Assembly (NCBI GenBank): GCA_033551855.1
Contig: JAWSUI010000005.1
Span: 1 to 64,000 of the forward strand
Source of the DNA: Deferrisomatales bacterium
GTDB lineage: Bacteria > Desulfobacterota > Deferrisomatia > Deferrisomatales > JACRMM01
Length of the DNA stretch: 64,000 nt
Direction of reading: 5' to 3'
Translations under genes and position numbers: made by a program
The notes under the pieces: generated by a model
The model's database searches: none
What the model saw: only the letters and a program-made list of their open reading frames with translations
Told to the model about the DNA's origin: nothing
Shown: positions 1-7,649 of the stretch, piece after piece
Layout: each line of letters opens with the position of its first letter
Numbering within the stretch: the stretch's first letter is position 1

Positions 1-54
1 CCCCCTTGTCGGAAACCCTAACCCCTCATTTTCACCGACGAGCGGGAATTGCTG
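1..54 (-). mobile_element. Possible terminus of an insertion sequence (or other foreign DNA) interrupting hsdR
   Basis: hsdR-like coding breaks after ...RLRMNVPLTP into less GC-rich sequence (minus strand CAGCAATTCCCGCTCGTCGGTGAAAATGAGGGGTTAGGGTTTCC) that supplies a stop 7 codons later; no transposase visible inside the window. Confidence 0.35.
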
Positions 55-3000
55 GCGTCAGGGGCACGTTCATCCGGAGCCTGTGGATGACGATGTGGTC
101 CTGGTGGGCCCGCAGGAAGGCCCGGGCCTTGGCGCGGAACTTCTCGAAGCCGCCGTAGCCGTCGAACCCCGGCATGGAGACGACGGACTCCTCGCCCATC
201 TCGTCCTCGAAGTCGGTGTAGACGACCTTTCGCCTCTTCTTCTCGATGAGCTTCACGAGGTCGCGCAGGCGCTTTCGCATCACCTCGAGCATGGGCACGG
301 TGACGTCCTGCCACCACTCGTCGGTCTGCACGTCCTCGATGAGCGGCAGCTGCTCTCTCACCATGGGGATCGTCGACCGCTCCTCCAGCAGCCCCGCGAT
401 CGCCTGGGTCTGGTCCCGCAGGCGCTCGAAGGCGTGCTCCTTGTTGAGGAGTGCGAGCTGGGTGCGCAGCACCAGGAGGTCGAACCGCTTGGCGTCCTCG
501 TTCTCCGGCTCCACCTCCGAGGGCAGCGCGGCCACCTCGTGGGCCAGCTCCTGCCGCTTCGCCTCGGGCAGCTCCATCCACGCCTCCGGCGCGGAGTAGG
601 TCTCCACCAGCCGGCGCTTGGGCCGCACCACGAAGTTGTCGGGGTTCATGCCGGCCACGATGGCGCGCAGCGTCTCCGCCGTCTCGGCGCGAACCCTCCT
701 CTCCTCCTCGGCGCCGGCCTGGGAGCCCTCGCCCTTCGCGGCGCGCTCGTCCAGGTGGGCGATCAGCTCCACCCGGGCCTTGAAGATCCGGGTGCCCAGG
801 CTCTCGCCCAGCGCGCCGTCGGTGGTCGCCGGGTCCTGGCTGAAGAACTCGAGGTTCTGACAGTAGTCGAAGACGTAGAAGCACGCCTTGTCCTCGCCGG
901 GGCCGAAGAGGTCGGGGCACAGCCGCGTGCCGCGGCCGAGCATCTGCCAGAACTTGGTCTTCGAGCGCACCAGCTTGAAGAAGACCAGGTTCGCCACCTC
1001 GGGCACGTCGATGCCCGTGTCGAGCATGTCCACCGAGATGGCGATGTGGGGCGCTTTCTCCACCCGGGAGAAGTCGTCGATCAGGCTCTGGGCGTACTCG
1101 GTCTTGAAGGTGATGATTCGGGCGAAGTGGCCCTTGAGCTTGGCGTAGTTGGCGTCAAAGCGCTCCTGGATGAACTCGGCGTGGGCCTGGTTCTTGGCGA
1201 AGACGATGGTCTTGCCGAGCCGGTCGCCCCCGGCCACGGCTTGCCCGCGCGTCATCAGGTGCGCCAGCACCTTGTCGACGGTGTCCTTGTTGAAGAGCCA
1301 CTTGTTGACCGCCTCGGCCTCCACCCGGTCGGGCGTGTTGCCGTCTTCGTCCCACTCCAGGGCGTCCCACGCGTCCTTCTCCTCGTCGGAGAGCTGGTCG
1401 TAGCGGATGCCCTCGCGCTGGAACCGGAGCGGCACCGACACCGCCCGGGGCGGCACCAGGAAGCCGTCGGCCACGGCGTCCTCCAAGGGATAGGCGTCGG
1501 TGGGGACCCCGGTCTCGAGGTCGAAGAGGTCGTAGGTGTTGCGGTCCACCTCGTCCTTGGGCGTGGCCGTGAGCCCCACGAGCAGAGAGTCGAAGTACTC
1601 GAAGATGGCCCGGTACTTCTGGAACACCGACCTGTGCGCCTCGTCGATGATGACCAGGTCGAAGTGGCCCACGCCGAAGCGGCGCTGCCCGTCCCCGCCG
1701 CGCTTGCCGCGGCCGTCGGACACCTCGTCGATCAGCCCCATCATCGTGGGGTACGTGGAGACGTAGACGCGCCCCGTCGTGTCCTTCTCGGTGACGAGAT
1801 TGACCGGCGAGCTGTCGGGCAGGTGGCGCTTGAAGGCGTTGACGGCCTGATTGACCAGGGCCACGCGGTCGGCCAGGAACAGCACGCGCTTGGCCCAGTT
1901 GCAGCGCATGAGCAGGTCCACGAGCGCGATCACCGTGCGGGTCTTGCCGGCGCCGGTGGCCATCACCACCAGGGCCTTGCGGCTGTTCTCCCCCTCGAAG
2001 GACTCGCAGATGCGGCGGATGGAGCGCTTCTGGTAGTAGCGCTCGACGATCGCCTCGTCCACCTCGGCGGCGGCCAGGGGCTTCCTCGCCGTCCGCCGCT
2101 GGTGGAGGAGCTCCAGTTCGTCCTTCTTGTAGAAGCCCTGCACGGCGCGCCGGGGGTGAGATGCGTCGTCCCACAGCCAGTGCTCGTAGCCGTTGGAGAG
2201 GAAGATCACCGGGCGCCGGCCGAACCGCGCCTCCAGGCAGTCGGCGTAGAGCTTCGCCTGCTGCTCGCCGGCAAGCGAACTCCGACGGGTGCGCTTGGCC
2301 TCCACCAGCGCTAGGGGGAGCCCGTCGTCGCCCCACAGCACGTAGTCGACGAAGCCCACGCCCTTCTCGTTGGGCATGCCCGCCACCTCGAGCTCCCGGT
2401 CGCGGGCCTGGTCCAGCGGCCAGCCCGCCTCCTTGAGGAGGAGGTCGATGAACAGGTCGCGGGTCTCTGCCTCGGAGTAGTCGTGCCCGTCGGGAGCCGC
2501 GGCGTTGGCCACCTTGGCGGCGGCCACCTCGGCGCGCAGCCGCGCGAGCTCCTCGTCCAGCGCCGCCCGGTCGGAGAGGATGACGGAGAGCTTCTCGTCC
2601 CTGGCCGAGAGCTCTTCCTGGAGTTTCTGCAACTGGTCGGTGGTCTGCTGGGGCACCGCGCCGGTCTTCGGGAGCGTGTCCGGGTCGAAGGCGAGGTGAG
2701 CCGGGGGTTTCGCGGCCCGGGCGTAGCTCCGGGCCAGCCAGTAGCCCACGTGGAAGAGTTCGCGCACCGCGGCGATGGCGTCGAACTGGGGCACGGGCTT
2801 CGGGGCGTGGACGGCCCGGTTACCGAGCCGGGCGATGACCTTGGCCTTGGTGAAGACCGCCTCGCCGGCGGCCGCCTGGAAGGTCGGCTCGTGGATGAGG
2901 GCGCTCAGGTTGTCCTGGTAGGGGAGCTTCAGCGCCGGGTCGTGCTTGAACACCCACGCGACGGCCAGCTCCAGGGCACGGCGGGCGTGGAAGCAGGCGG

Positions 3001-3091
3001 TGCGCGGGTCGGGGTAGGCAAAGACCTCAGCCTTCGTCGCCGCCTCATGGACATCGGGCCACTCGGCCTCAAGGAAGGAGAAGTGGCTCAT
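32..3091 (-). CDS. hsdR: Type I restriction subunit R (EcoAI/EcoEI-like, DUF4145 N-terminus), C-terminally truncated
   Basis: Nuclease motif VDYVL..VEAK, Walker A MATGAGKT, IIDEAH, TATP, DMLDTGID, QMLGRGTR; ends inside the expected C-terminal domain. Confidence 0.9.
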   Translation of the reverse strand: MSHFSFLEAEWPDVHEAATKAEVFAYPDPRTACFHARRALELAVAWVFKHDPALKLPYQDNLSALIHEPTFQAAAGEAVFTKAKVIARLGNRAVHAPKPVPQFDAIAAVRELFHVGYWLARSYARAAKPPAHLAFDPDTLPKTGAVPQQTTDQLQKLQEELSARDEKLSVILSDRAALDEELARLRAEVAAAKVANAAAPDGHDYSEAETRDLFIDLLLKEAGWPLDQARDRELEVAGMPNEKGVGFVDYVLWGDDGLPLALVEAKRTRRSSLAGEQQAKLYADCLEARFGRRPVIFLSNGYEHWLWDDASHPRRAVQGFYKKDELELLHQRRTARKPLAAAEVDEAIVERYYQKRSIRRICESFEGENSRKALVVMATGAGKTRTVIALVDLLMRCNWAKRVLFLADRVALVNQAVNAFKRHLPDSSPVNLVTEKDTTGRVYVSTYPTMMGLIDEVSDGRGKRGGDGQRRFGVGHFDLVIIDEAHRSVFQKYRAIFEYFDSLLVGLTATPKDEVDRNTYDLFDLETGVPTDAYPLEDAVADGFLVPPRAVSVPLRFQREGIRYDQLSDEEKDAWDALEWDEDGNTPDRVEAEAVNKWLFNKDTVDKVLAHLMTRGQAVAGGDRLGKTIVFAKNQAHAEFIQERFDANYAKLKGHFARIITFKTEYAQSLIDDFSRVEKAPHIAISVDMLDTGIDVPEVANLVFFKLVRSKTKFWQMLGRGTRLCPDLFGPGEDKACFYVFDYCQNLEFFSQDPATTDGALGESLGTRIFKARVELIAHLDERAAKGEGSQAGAEEERRVRAETAETLRAIVAGMNPDNFVVRPKRRLVETYSAPEAWMELPEAKRQELAHEVAALPSEVEPENEDAKRFDLLVLRTQLALLNKEHAFERLRDQTQAIAGLLEERSTIPMVREQLPLIEDVQTDEWWQDVTVPMLEVMRKRLRDLVKLIEKKRRKVVYTDFEDEMGEESVVSMPGFDGYGGFEKFRAKARAFLRAHQDHIVIHRLRMNVPLTPAIPARR

Positions 3092-4089
3092 GGGCGGTTG
3101 AATTCCTCTTCGAACGCCCGAACTACCGCAAGCACGTCGTCGAAGGGCGGCGGCTCCTCAAAGAACATCTCCTCCCTCATCGCGTTGTAGTCGCTACGCC
3201 ACTCGGCCTCCTGTTCGGCCGGCGGGACCAGGCGCAGGTGGCCCTTCCGCAGGGTGTCGTAGTCGACCCACCGATGCTTGAAGAAGACTTGACGGTGAGC
3301 CGCGACGCGGTCGAAGAGCCCCGGATCGCCGGCAGCCTCGGCAGCGACGCCGGCCCGTATGAGGCACCAGAGGTCGTAGTAGTGCCGGGAGAGCCTCGCC
3401 CGCCTGGGCCTGTCCACCGGACGGAACATCTCCTCGTGCAGCAGCATCGCCTTTTCCCAGAACGTCCGGCGGGCCGCGACGGTACGTAGCGGAAATGAGC
3501 TCTCCTTCAGTAGTTCGGGAAATGCCTTCGCCAGATACGGCTCGATGAACGGCGCTTCGACGGGCTCCGTGTCCGAGCGGGCTCCCAGTTCGATCTTGAC
3601 GACCCGTCGCACGTAGGCGAAACCCTCCTCGAAGACGGACGGATAATCGAAGAGGAGGGTCTGCTGGTCCGGGTCTTCGTCCTCGTCAGCCGGCATCAGT
3701 TGCCAGGCGACGTCGCCGGGGAGGGCAGCTCGCAAGCGTTCCTCCAGGGCCGGCCCCAGCTCGGTTTGGATGCGCCTACGGCACTCCTTGAGGAGCTTCT
3801 TCTGCCGGGTGCTCCCGAGGTCATCTCCGCCGAACCCCAGGAAGTCCCGGTCGATCACGACGTCGATGTCTTCCGAGAACCTGGCGATCAGGCGCCAACC
3901 CTTGGAGAGGGACGTGCCCCCCTTGAAGGTCAGCTGCTCTCCCCAGAACGGCAGGCCGAAGAGCTTCCGCAGTGTCCAGCACACCCAGAAGTCCTTCTCG
4001 ATACTGGCCGCCGCCAGACCGAGGCGCGCCTGGGCTTCCTCGAAAATGATTCGCCGTCGTTCCGCAGGGAGGCTCGGGAAGCTGTCCAC
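3088..4089 (-). CDS. AbiEii-family nucleotidyltransferase toxin (type IV TA / abortive infection)
   Basis: IEKDFWV, FKGGTSLSK, RFSEDID, TFWEK, SRHYYD motifs; ATGA overlap with hsdR. Confidence 0.9.
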   Translation of the reverse strand: MDSFPSLPAERRRIIFEEAQARLGLAAASIEKDFWVCWTLRKLFGLPFWGEQLTFKGGTSLSKGWRLIARFSEDIDVVIDRDFLGFGGDDLGSTRQKKLLKECRRRIQTELGPALEERLRAALPGDVAWQLMPADEDEDPDQQTLLFDYPSVFEEGFAYVRRVVKIELGARSDTEPVEAPFIEPYLAKAFPELLKESSFPLRTVAARRTFWEKAMLLHEEMFRPVDRPRRARLSRHYYDLWCLIRAGVAAEAAGDPGLFDRVAAHRQVFFKHRWVDYDTLRKGHLRLVPPAEQEAEWRSDYNAMREEMFFEEPPPFDDVLAVVRAFEEEFNRP

Positions 4090-4092
4090 GGG

Positions 4093-4713
4093 TCACTCCT
4101 CTCGGGACTCAGCCACCCGGCGCATGAGGGCGGCGACCCACGCCGGAGCATAGCGGAGATCCTGGAGCAGCTGGTTCTTGTCGTCACGGGTGAGCCGTTT
4201 CCGCAGTCGCATTACCACCGAGTCATCTACCTGACGCCGGCCGAGGTGGCGAAGGGCTTGGATGACGAGCCCGCTCACCCGCCCAGCGGTCGCCATGTTC
4301 TTTGGCGTCGTATGTTTGAGCACGATGACCTGTTTGCCCAGCCGCACTCGCCGCGCCGGCCCATCGGTGAGGAAGACGACCTTTGTCGGCACCTGCTCGG
4401 ACAGCCCCAGCAGGTTGGCCGCATACCCGCCGGCGGGTTGCAGCCGCACGGCGTCTCGTTCCTGCAGAGCCTTTGCGACGGCTTCCAGAGACGGGGAGAG
4501 CGGACCGATCTCCGGGTCCACGCGAGGGACCTCATACAGGCCCCGGGCGATCTGGCGGATCGTCCCGGCCTTCTTGTGCCGCTTCAAGGCGGAGGCCACC
4601 GCGTCGCGTGTCCCCAGCTCGGCGAAGTGACTGGGCGTGAAAACCCAGCCGTCGCCATGGCTGCGGATGCGCTCCAGCAGGAGCGTGTCGAATGACTGAG
4701 CGTGCTTACCCAT
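4093..4713 (-). CDS. AbiEi-type antitoxin (DUF6088-like, N-terminal winged helix)
   Basis: I.RIARGLY, AANLLGLSEQVP motifs; ends 3 nt before the toxin start; ATG at 4713 chosen. Confidence 0.8.
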   Translation of the reverse strand: MGKHAQSFDTLLLERIRSHGDGWVFTPSHFAELGTRDAVASALKRHKKAGTIRQIARGLYEVPRVDPEIGPLSPSLEAVAKALQERDAVRLQPAGGYAANLLGLSEQVPTKVVFLTDGPARRVRLGKQVIVLKHTTPKNMATAGRVSGLVIQALRHLGRRQVDDSVVMRLRKRLTRDDKNQLLQDLRYAPAWVAALMRRVAESREE

Positions 4714-4715
4714 CG

Positions 4716-4751
4716 TTTTGACACAAATCATAGATAGTTTTTGTGTCAAAA
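4716..4751. promoter_or_regulatory. 12-bp perfect inverted repeat TTTTGACACAAA-N12-TTTGTGTCAAAA, putative AbiEi operator
   Basis: AT-rich palindrome immediately upstream of the antitoxin ATG; AbiEi proteins are known to autorepress through inverted repeats. Confidence 0.65.
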
Positions 4752-4791
4752 AATAGAGGCGACCACCGCCGCTCCCTGCTCCACTCTGCGG

Positions 4792-4896
4792 TCACTCGAA
4801 GGAATCGAGGATGGTCAGGTAGGCGACCAAGATGATGACCAGGATGAGGGCGACTACGCCGAAGCCCAACCGCGCAGGTGTCGGCCGCCGCCTCAT
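4792..4896 (-). CDS. Putative 34-aa single-pass membrane peptide (not in ORF track)
   Basis: MRRRPTPARLGFGVVALILVIILVAYLTILDSFE*: basic N-terminus then one hydrophobic helix, G/C-rich third positions. Confidence 0.45.
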   Translation of the reverse strand: MRRRPTPARLGFGVVALILVIILVAYLTILDSFE

Positions 4897-4939
4897 TCAC
4901 GGCCGGCCATTCCTCTCGGAGGAAGCAGACGTGGCTCAT
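4886..4939 (-). pseudogene. Relic second copy of the hsdR 5' end
   Basis: MSHVCFLREEWPAVNEAA versus hsdR MSHFSFLEAEWPDVHEAA (12/18 aa, 40/54 nt by hand count); same ATGA overlap with the upstream gene stop. Confidence 0.7.
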
Positions 4940-5745
4940 GGCGTTCCCCTCCCGAGCCCCGTGGGCACGCACGCGTCCAACTTGCGGTGCAGGAGCGAAA
5001 TCAGCGTCAGGTAGTCCGCGGCGTCGTCCTCCCCCTGCCACAGCAGCTTGGGCTCGTGGGCCAGCGGGTTCCTCACGGCGCCGAAGCAGCCCTTGAGCAG
5101 GGCGGCGAAGCCCTTGTGCTCCGACCGCTCCGTTTCGGTCTGGAGCGAGTTGAGGGCGAGGATCGGCCGCTCCACCGAGAAGACCTCGTCCACCAGCTTC
5201 GCCCCATCGGTTCTCAGGCCGGACTGTTCGCGAATCCGCTGTGCCAGCCCCTTGGTGGCCTCGAAGACGGCGTGGAAGTAGTTCTCCTGCATCAACTCCG
5301 CCCGGCAGTACTTCAACACCTCCGCGTGGATGGCCCTGCCCTGGAGCCTGGCCCGGATCGTGCGGGCGCGCTCCTCCGCCTGGTCGAGTGTCTCGGCCAT
5401 CCCACAGCTGCGGAACGCTCCGTCCTTGCCATACTCCAGGCCCGAGAACGCCAGCACCGTGTTGAGCTCCTGCCGGTGCGCCTCAAAGTGCTGGGCCTTG
5501 CCCACGAAGCGCGCCGGCGCAAGGAGTGCCCGGATGAACTCCAGGACCTTGTTGCCGCAACGGGTCTTGGCCTGGCTGTCGAGGAAGACCCGGTTGATCC
5601 GCCTCCACTTCGTCGACTCGCCCGATTCGTCCGCGAGCCCGCACGACTGGAAGACACGCGAGATGTCCGAGCCCGACCCACACTCCCCCAGGACCTTGGC
5701 CAGGGCCTCGACTTGGTCGGCGGGGAACGGGGGGATGGGCGGCAT
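4936..5745 (-). CDS. TIGR02391-family (hypoth_ymh) protein with Abi-like N-terminal domain
   Basis: STKWRR N-terminal motif; C-terminal NYFHAVFEATK, DGAKLVD..FS, SEHKGF, RNPLAHE typical of the family. Confidence 0.75.
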   Translation of the reverse strand: MPPIPPFPADQVEALAKVLGECGSGSDISRVFQSCGLADESGESTKWRRINRVFLDSQAKTRCGNKVLEFIRALLAPARFVGKAQHFEAHRQELNTVLAFSGLEYGKDGAFRSCGMAETLDQAEERARTIRARLQGRAIHAEVLKYCRAELMQENYFHAVFEATKGLAQRIREQSGLRTDGAKLVDEVFSVERPILALNSLQTETERSEHKGFAALLKGCFGAVRNPLAHEPKLLWQGEDDAADYLTLISLLHRKLDACVPTGLGRGTP

Positions 5746-5762
5746 CTACGACGCTCCGGGGA

Positions 5763-6323
5763 TCACGTGCGCCCCCTCTTCCGCCCTTCCAGTCGGGTGC
5801 GGGTCATGCGCTCTCGCAGCCCCCCTTCCTTGAGAAAGGCCTGTTCCAGGCTGCGCAGTTGCCGCTCCAGCAAGTAGCTGGTCACGCGGATCAGCCCGAT
5901 GATCACGTTGGCCGAGATCGCCGGGTCGGGATTCTCGACGCCTCTTCGGAACGTCTCATACGTGGCGTCCGGAATCCGGTTGAGCTGCCGGAGCCGCTTC
6001 GCGTAGGGGTGGTCCTTGGGCCATTCGGAGAGGCCGCGCGTCCGCAGGAAGTCGCGGTAGTCGGCCAGGAGCTCCTCCAGGCTCGCCCGCGCGACGTTCG
6101 TCAGCTTGATCTCCATCTCCTTCGAGGTGCCGGATGCCATGCTGCCTTCGATGATGTTCTGCTTTCCCGACCGGGCGGCCTGGACCATTTGGTCGTGGGT
6201 GCGGCTGCGCCGATCGACGAAGCGATCGCAGAAGTACACGGTGGCGTCGTAGACGATCTGCGCCTTCTGGTGAGAGAGAAGCTTCTGGTAGCCGCCGTGG
6301 GGCGGCAGGAAGCCCTCGGGCAA
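5763..6323 (-). CDS. Four-helix-bundle protein (23S rRNA IVP/bAvd-like) with suffix domain
   Basis: HGGYQKLLS, DQMVQAARSGKQNIIEG, VARASLEELLADY, F..EGGLRERM; TTG start. Confidence 0.85.
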   Translation of the reverse strand: MPEGFLPPHGGYQKLLSHQKAQIVYDATVYFCDRFVDRRSRTHDQMVQAARSGKQNIIEGSMASGTSKEMEIKLTNVARASLEELLADYRDFLRTRGLSEWPKDHPYAKRLRQLNRIPDATYETFRRGVENPDPAISANVIIGLIRVTSYLLERQLRSLEQAFLKEGGLRERMTRTRLEGRKRGRT

Positions 6324-6344
6324 GGGAGGCCCTCAGTCTCGGTC

Positions 6345-6443
6345 AAGGACCCCAAGGACAGCAATGACCCCAACGACCGGGGGTCGCACCCGCCGTGTGC
6401 TCTTGTTCTTTGGGTCCTTGAGGTCCTTTTCGTCCTTGGTCTT
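6345..6443. repeat. Two opposed arrays of degenerate 9-nt AAGGACnnn units forming an imperfect inverted repeat
   Basis: aaggacccc-aaggacagc-aatgacccc-aacgac followed by gtccttgag-gtccttttc-gtccttggtc. Confidence 0.65.
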
Positions 6444-6455
6444 TCGCCCCCTATA

Positions 6456-7649
6456 TCACAGCTCCCCCCGAAACGCCCGGTGCTGGAGCGAGGCGAAGAG
6501 GGCGTCGAGCTCGGCGAGCGAGGCGCGGTGGGCGGCCGTGAGCTTCTCCACGGCGGCGACCCCGGCCGCGAAGGTGCGCTGGAGGCTCACTGGCGGGACG
6601 AGCAGCCGAAAGCCACGAAGCTGGGTCATGTTGATCGACGCGATGCCGGTCGTCTGCTTGGCCGAGCGAAGGAAGTACTTCTTTCCCCGCTGGCTCCCGA
6701 CCAGCCAATTGAGGAAGAGCGGCTGCACCGTCGACGTGGTCAGCCGCACCCGGAACACGTGGTTCTGGTGAATGCACTCCGGCAGCTCCTCGGACCAAAG
6801 CGTTCCCCGGCCCAACTTGTCCGGATCGCCACCCTCCGTCAGGAGCAAGTCGTCTCTCTCGAGCCGGTACCGCTCGATCTCCTCCTCGGTGGCCTCGATC
6901 GTCTTCACCGCTGAAAGATTCAGTGCCCGGTCCTGAACGTTGGCCACGGCCAGGTACGGAACCTCTCGGGCCGACCTGCCGTTGAGCTTCCGGCCCTTGG
7001 TGACACCGGACACGATGTCGGCGACCTCTCCGAGGCAAGCAGTCTCGGGCCACCCCTTCGGGTTCGCCACCGGATCCCCGAACATCTCCAGGAAGATCGA
7101 CTGCGCGAGGGTGTCGAGCTCGGCCAGGGCGGCGCGGCGCTTGGCCCGCATCTCGTCCGCCTTGTCCAGGATCGCCGCGATTCTCTTCTGCTCGGGGAGG
7201 GGAGGGAGGGGAACGGTGAGGGCCTTCAGGTTGTCGATCGGGAAGTTATCCGCGGTCGTAGCCCTAACCCATTTCAGGATAGCCGGCGACTGCGCCTTGA
7301 TGAACCGTGCCAAGAACGCGGGGACAACTCGATTGCCGCACAAGAGCGCCTTCATGTCTTGGTTGATCGCTGCCGGGACCCGACTCAGCGCGACCGGCAC
7401 CGTGTGTTTCAAGACGCCAGACCGGACCACGATCAAAACCGAATCAGCCGGAACCAGGCGCGTTGCGCTGTTGTCCAGTCCGGCTTGCGTGATCGAGACC
7501 TGGGCGCCGGAGATCTCCCAGACCTTCATGTCCTTGGGCGTGATCCAAGGAATCGACCCCCCGTAAAAGTCCGCGTTGCTCCGGGACGGCGTCCCGCCTC
7601 CCACGATCCTGCACACGTCGGCCAGCGCTGCCTCGCTCCAGGGGCTCAC
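6456..7649 (-). CDS. hsdS: Type I R-M specificity subunit S
   Basis: GGGTPSR, PLPPLPEQKRIAAILD, SIFLEMFGDP, SLQHRAFRGEL; two TRDs; GTG start overlaps hsdM stop. Confidence 0.92.
   Translation of the reverse strand: MSPWSEAALADVCRIVGGGTPSRSNADFYGGSIPWITPKDMKVWEISGAQVSITQAGLDNSATRLVPADSVLIVVRSGVLKHTVPVALSRVPAAINQDMKALLCGNRVVPAFLARFIKAQSPAILKWVRATTADNFPIDNLKALTVPLPPLPEQKRIAAILDKADEMRAKRRAALAELDTLAQSIFLEMFGDPVANPKGWPETACLGEVADIVSGVTKGRKLNGRSAREVPYLAVANVQDRALNLSAVKTIEATEEEIERYRLERDDLLLTEGGDPDKLGRGTLWSEELPECIHQNHVFRVRLTTSTVQPLFLNWLVGSQRGKKYFLRSAKQTTGIASINMTQLRGFRLLVPPVSLQRTFAAGVAAVEKLTAAHRASLAELDALFASLQHRAFRGEL

Noticed and set aside
83..2314. Long antisense ORFs here and opposite SNF2, pheT, thrS, mutL, RND, lepA and nuo genes
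   Set aside because: Shadow frames caused by high GC3; no recognisable motifs
4716..4751. Canonical sigma70 promoter TTGACA/TATGAT for AbiE
   Set aside because: The hexamers are only 11 nt apart; reported as an operator only
5763..6443. Diversity-generating retroelement (bAvd-like gene)
   Set aside because: No reverse transcriptase or template/variable repeat pair seen in the window
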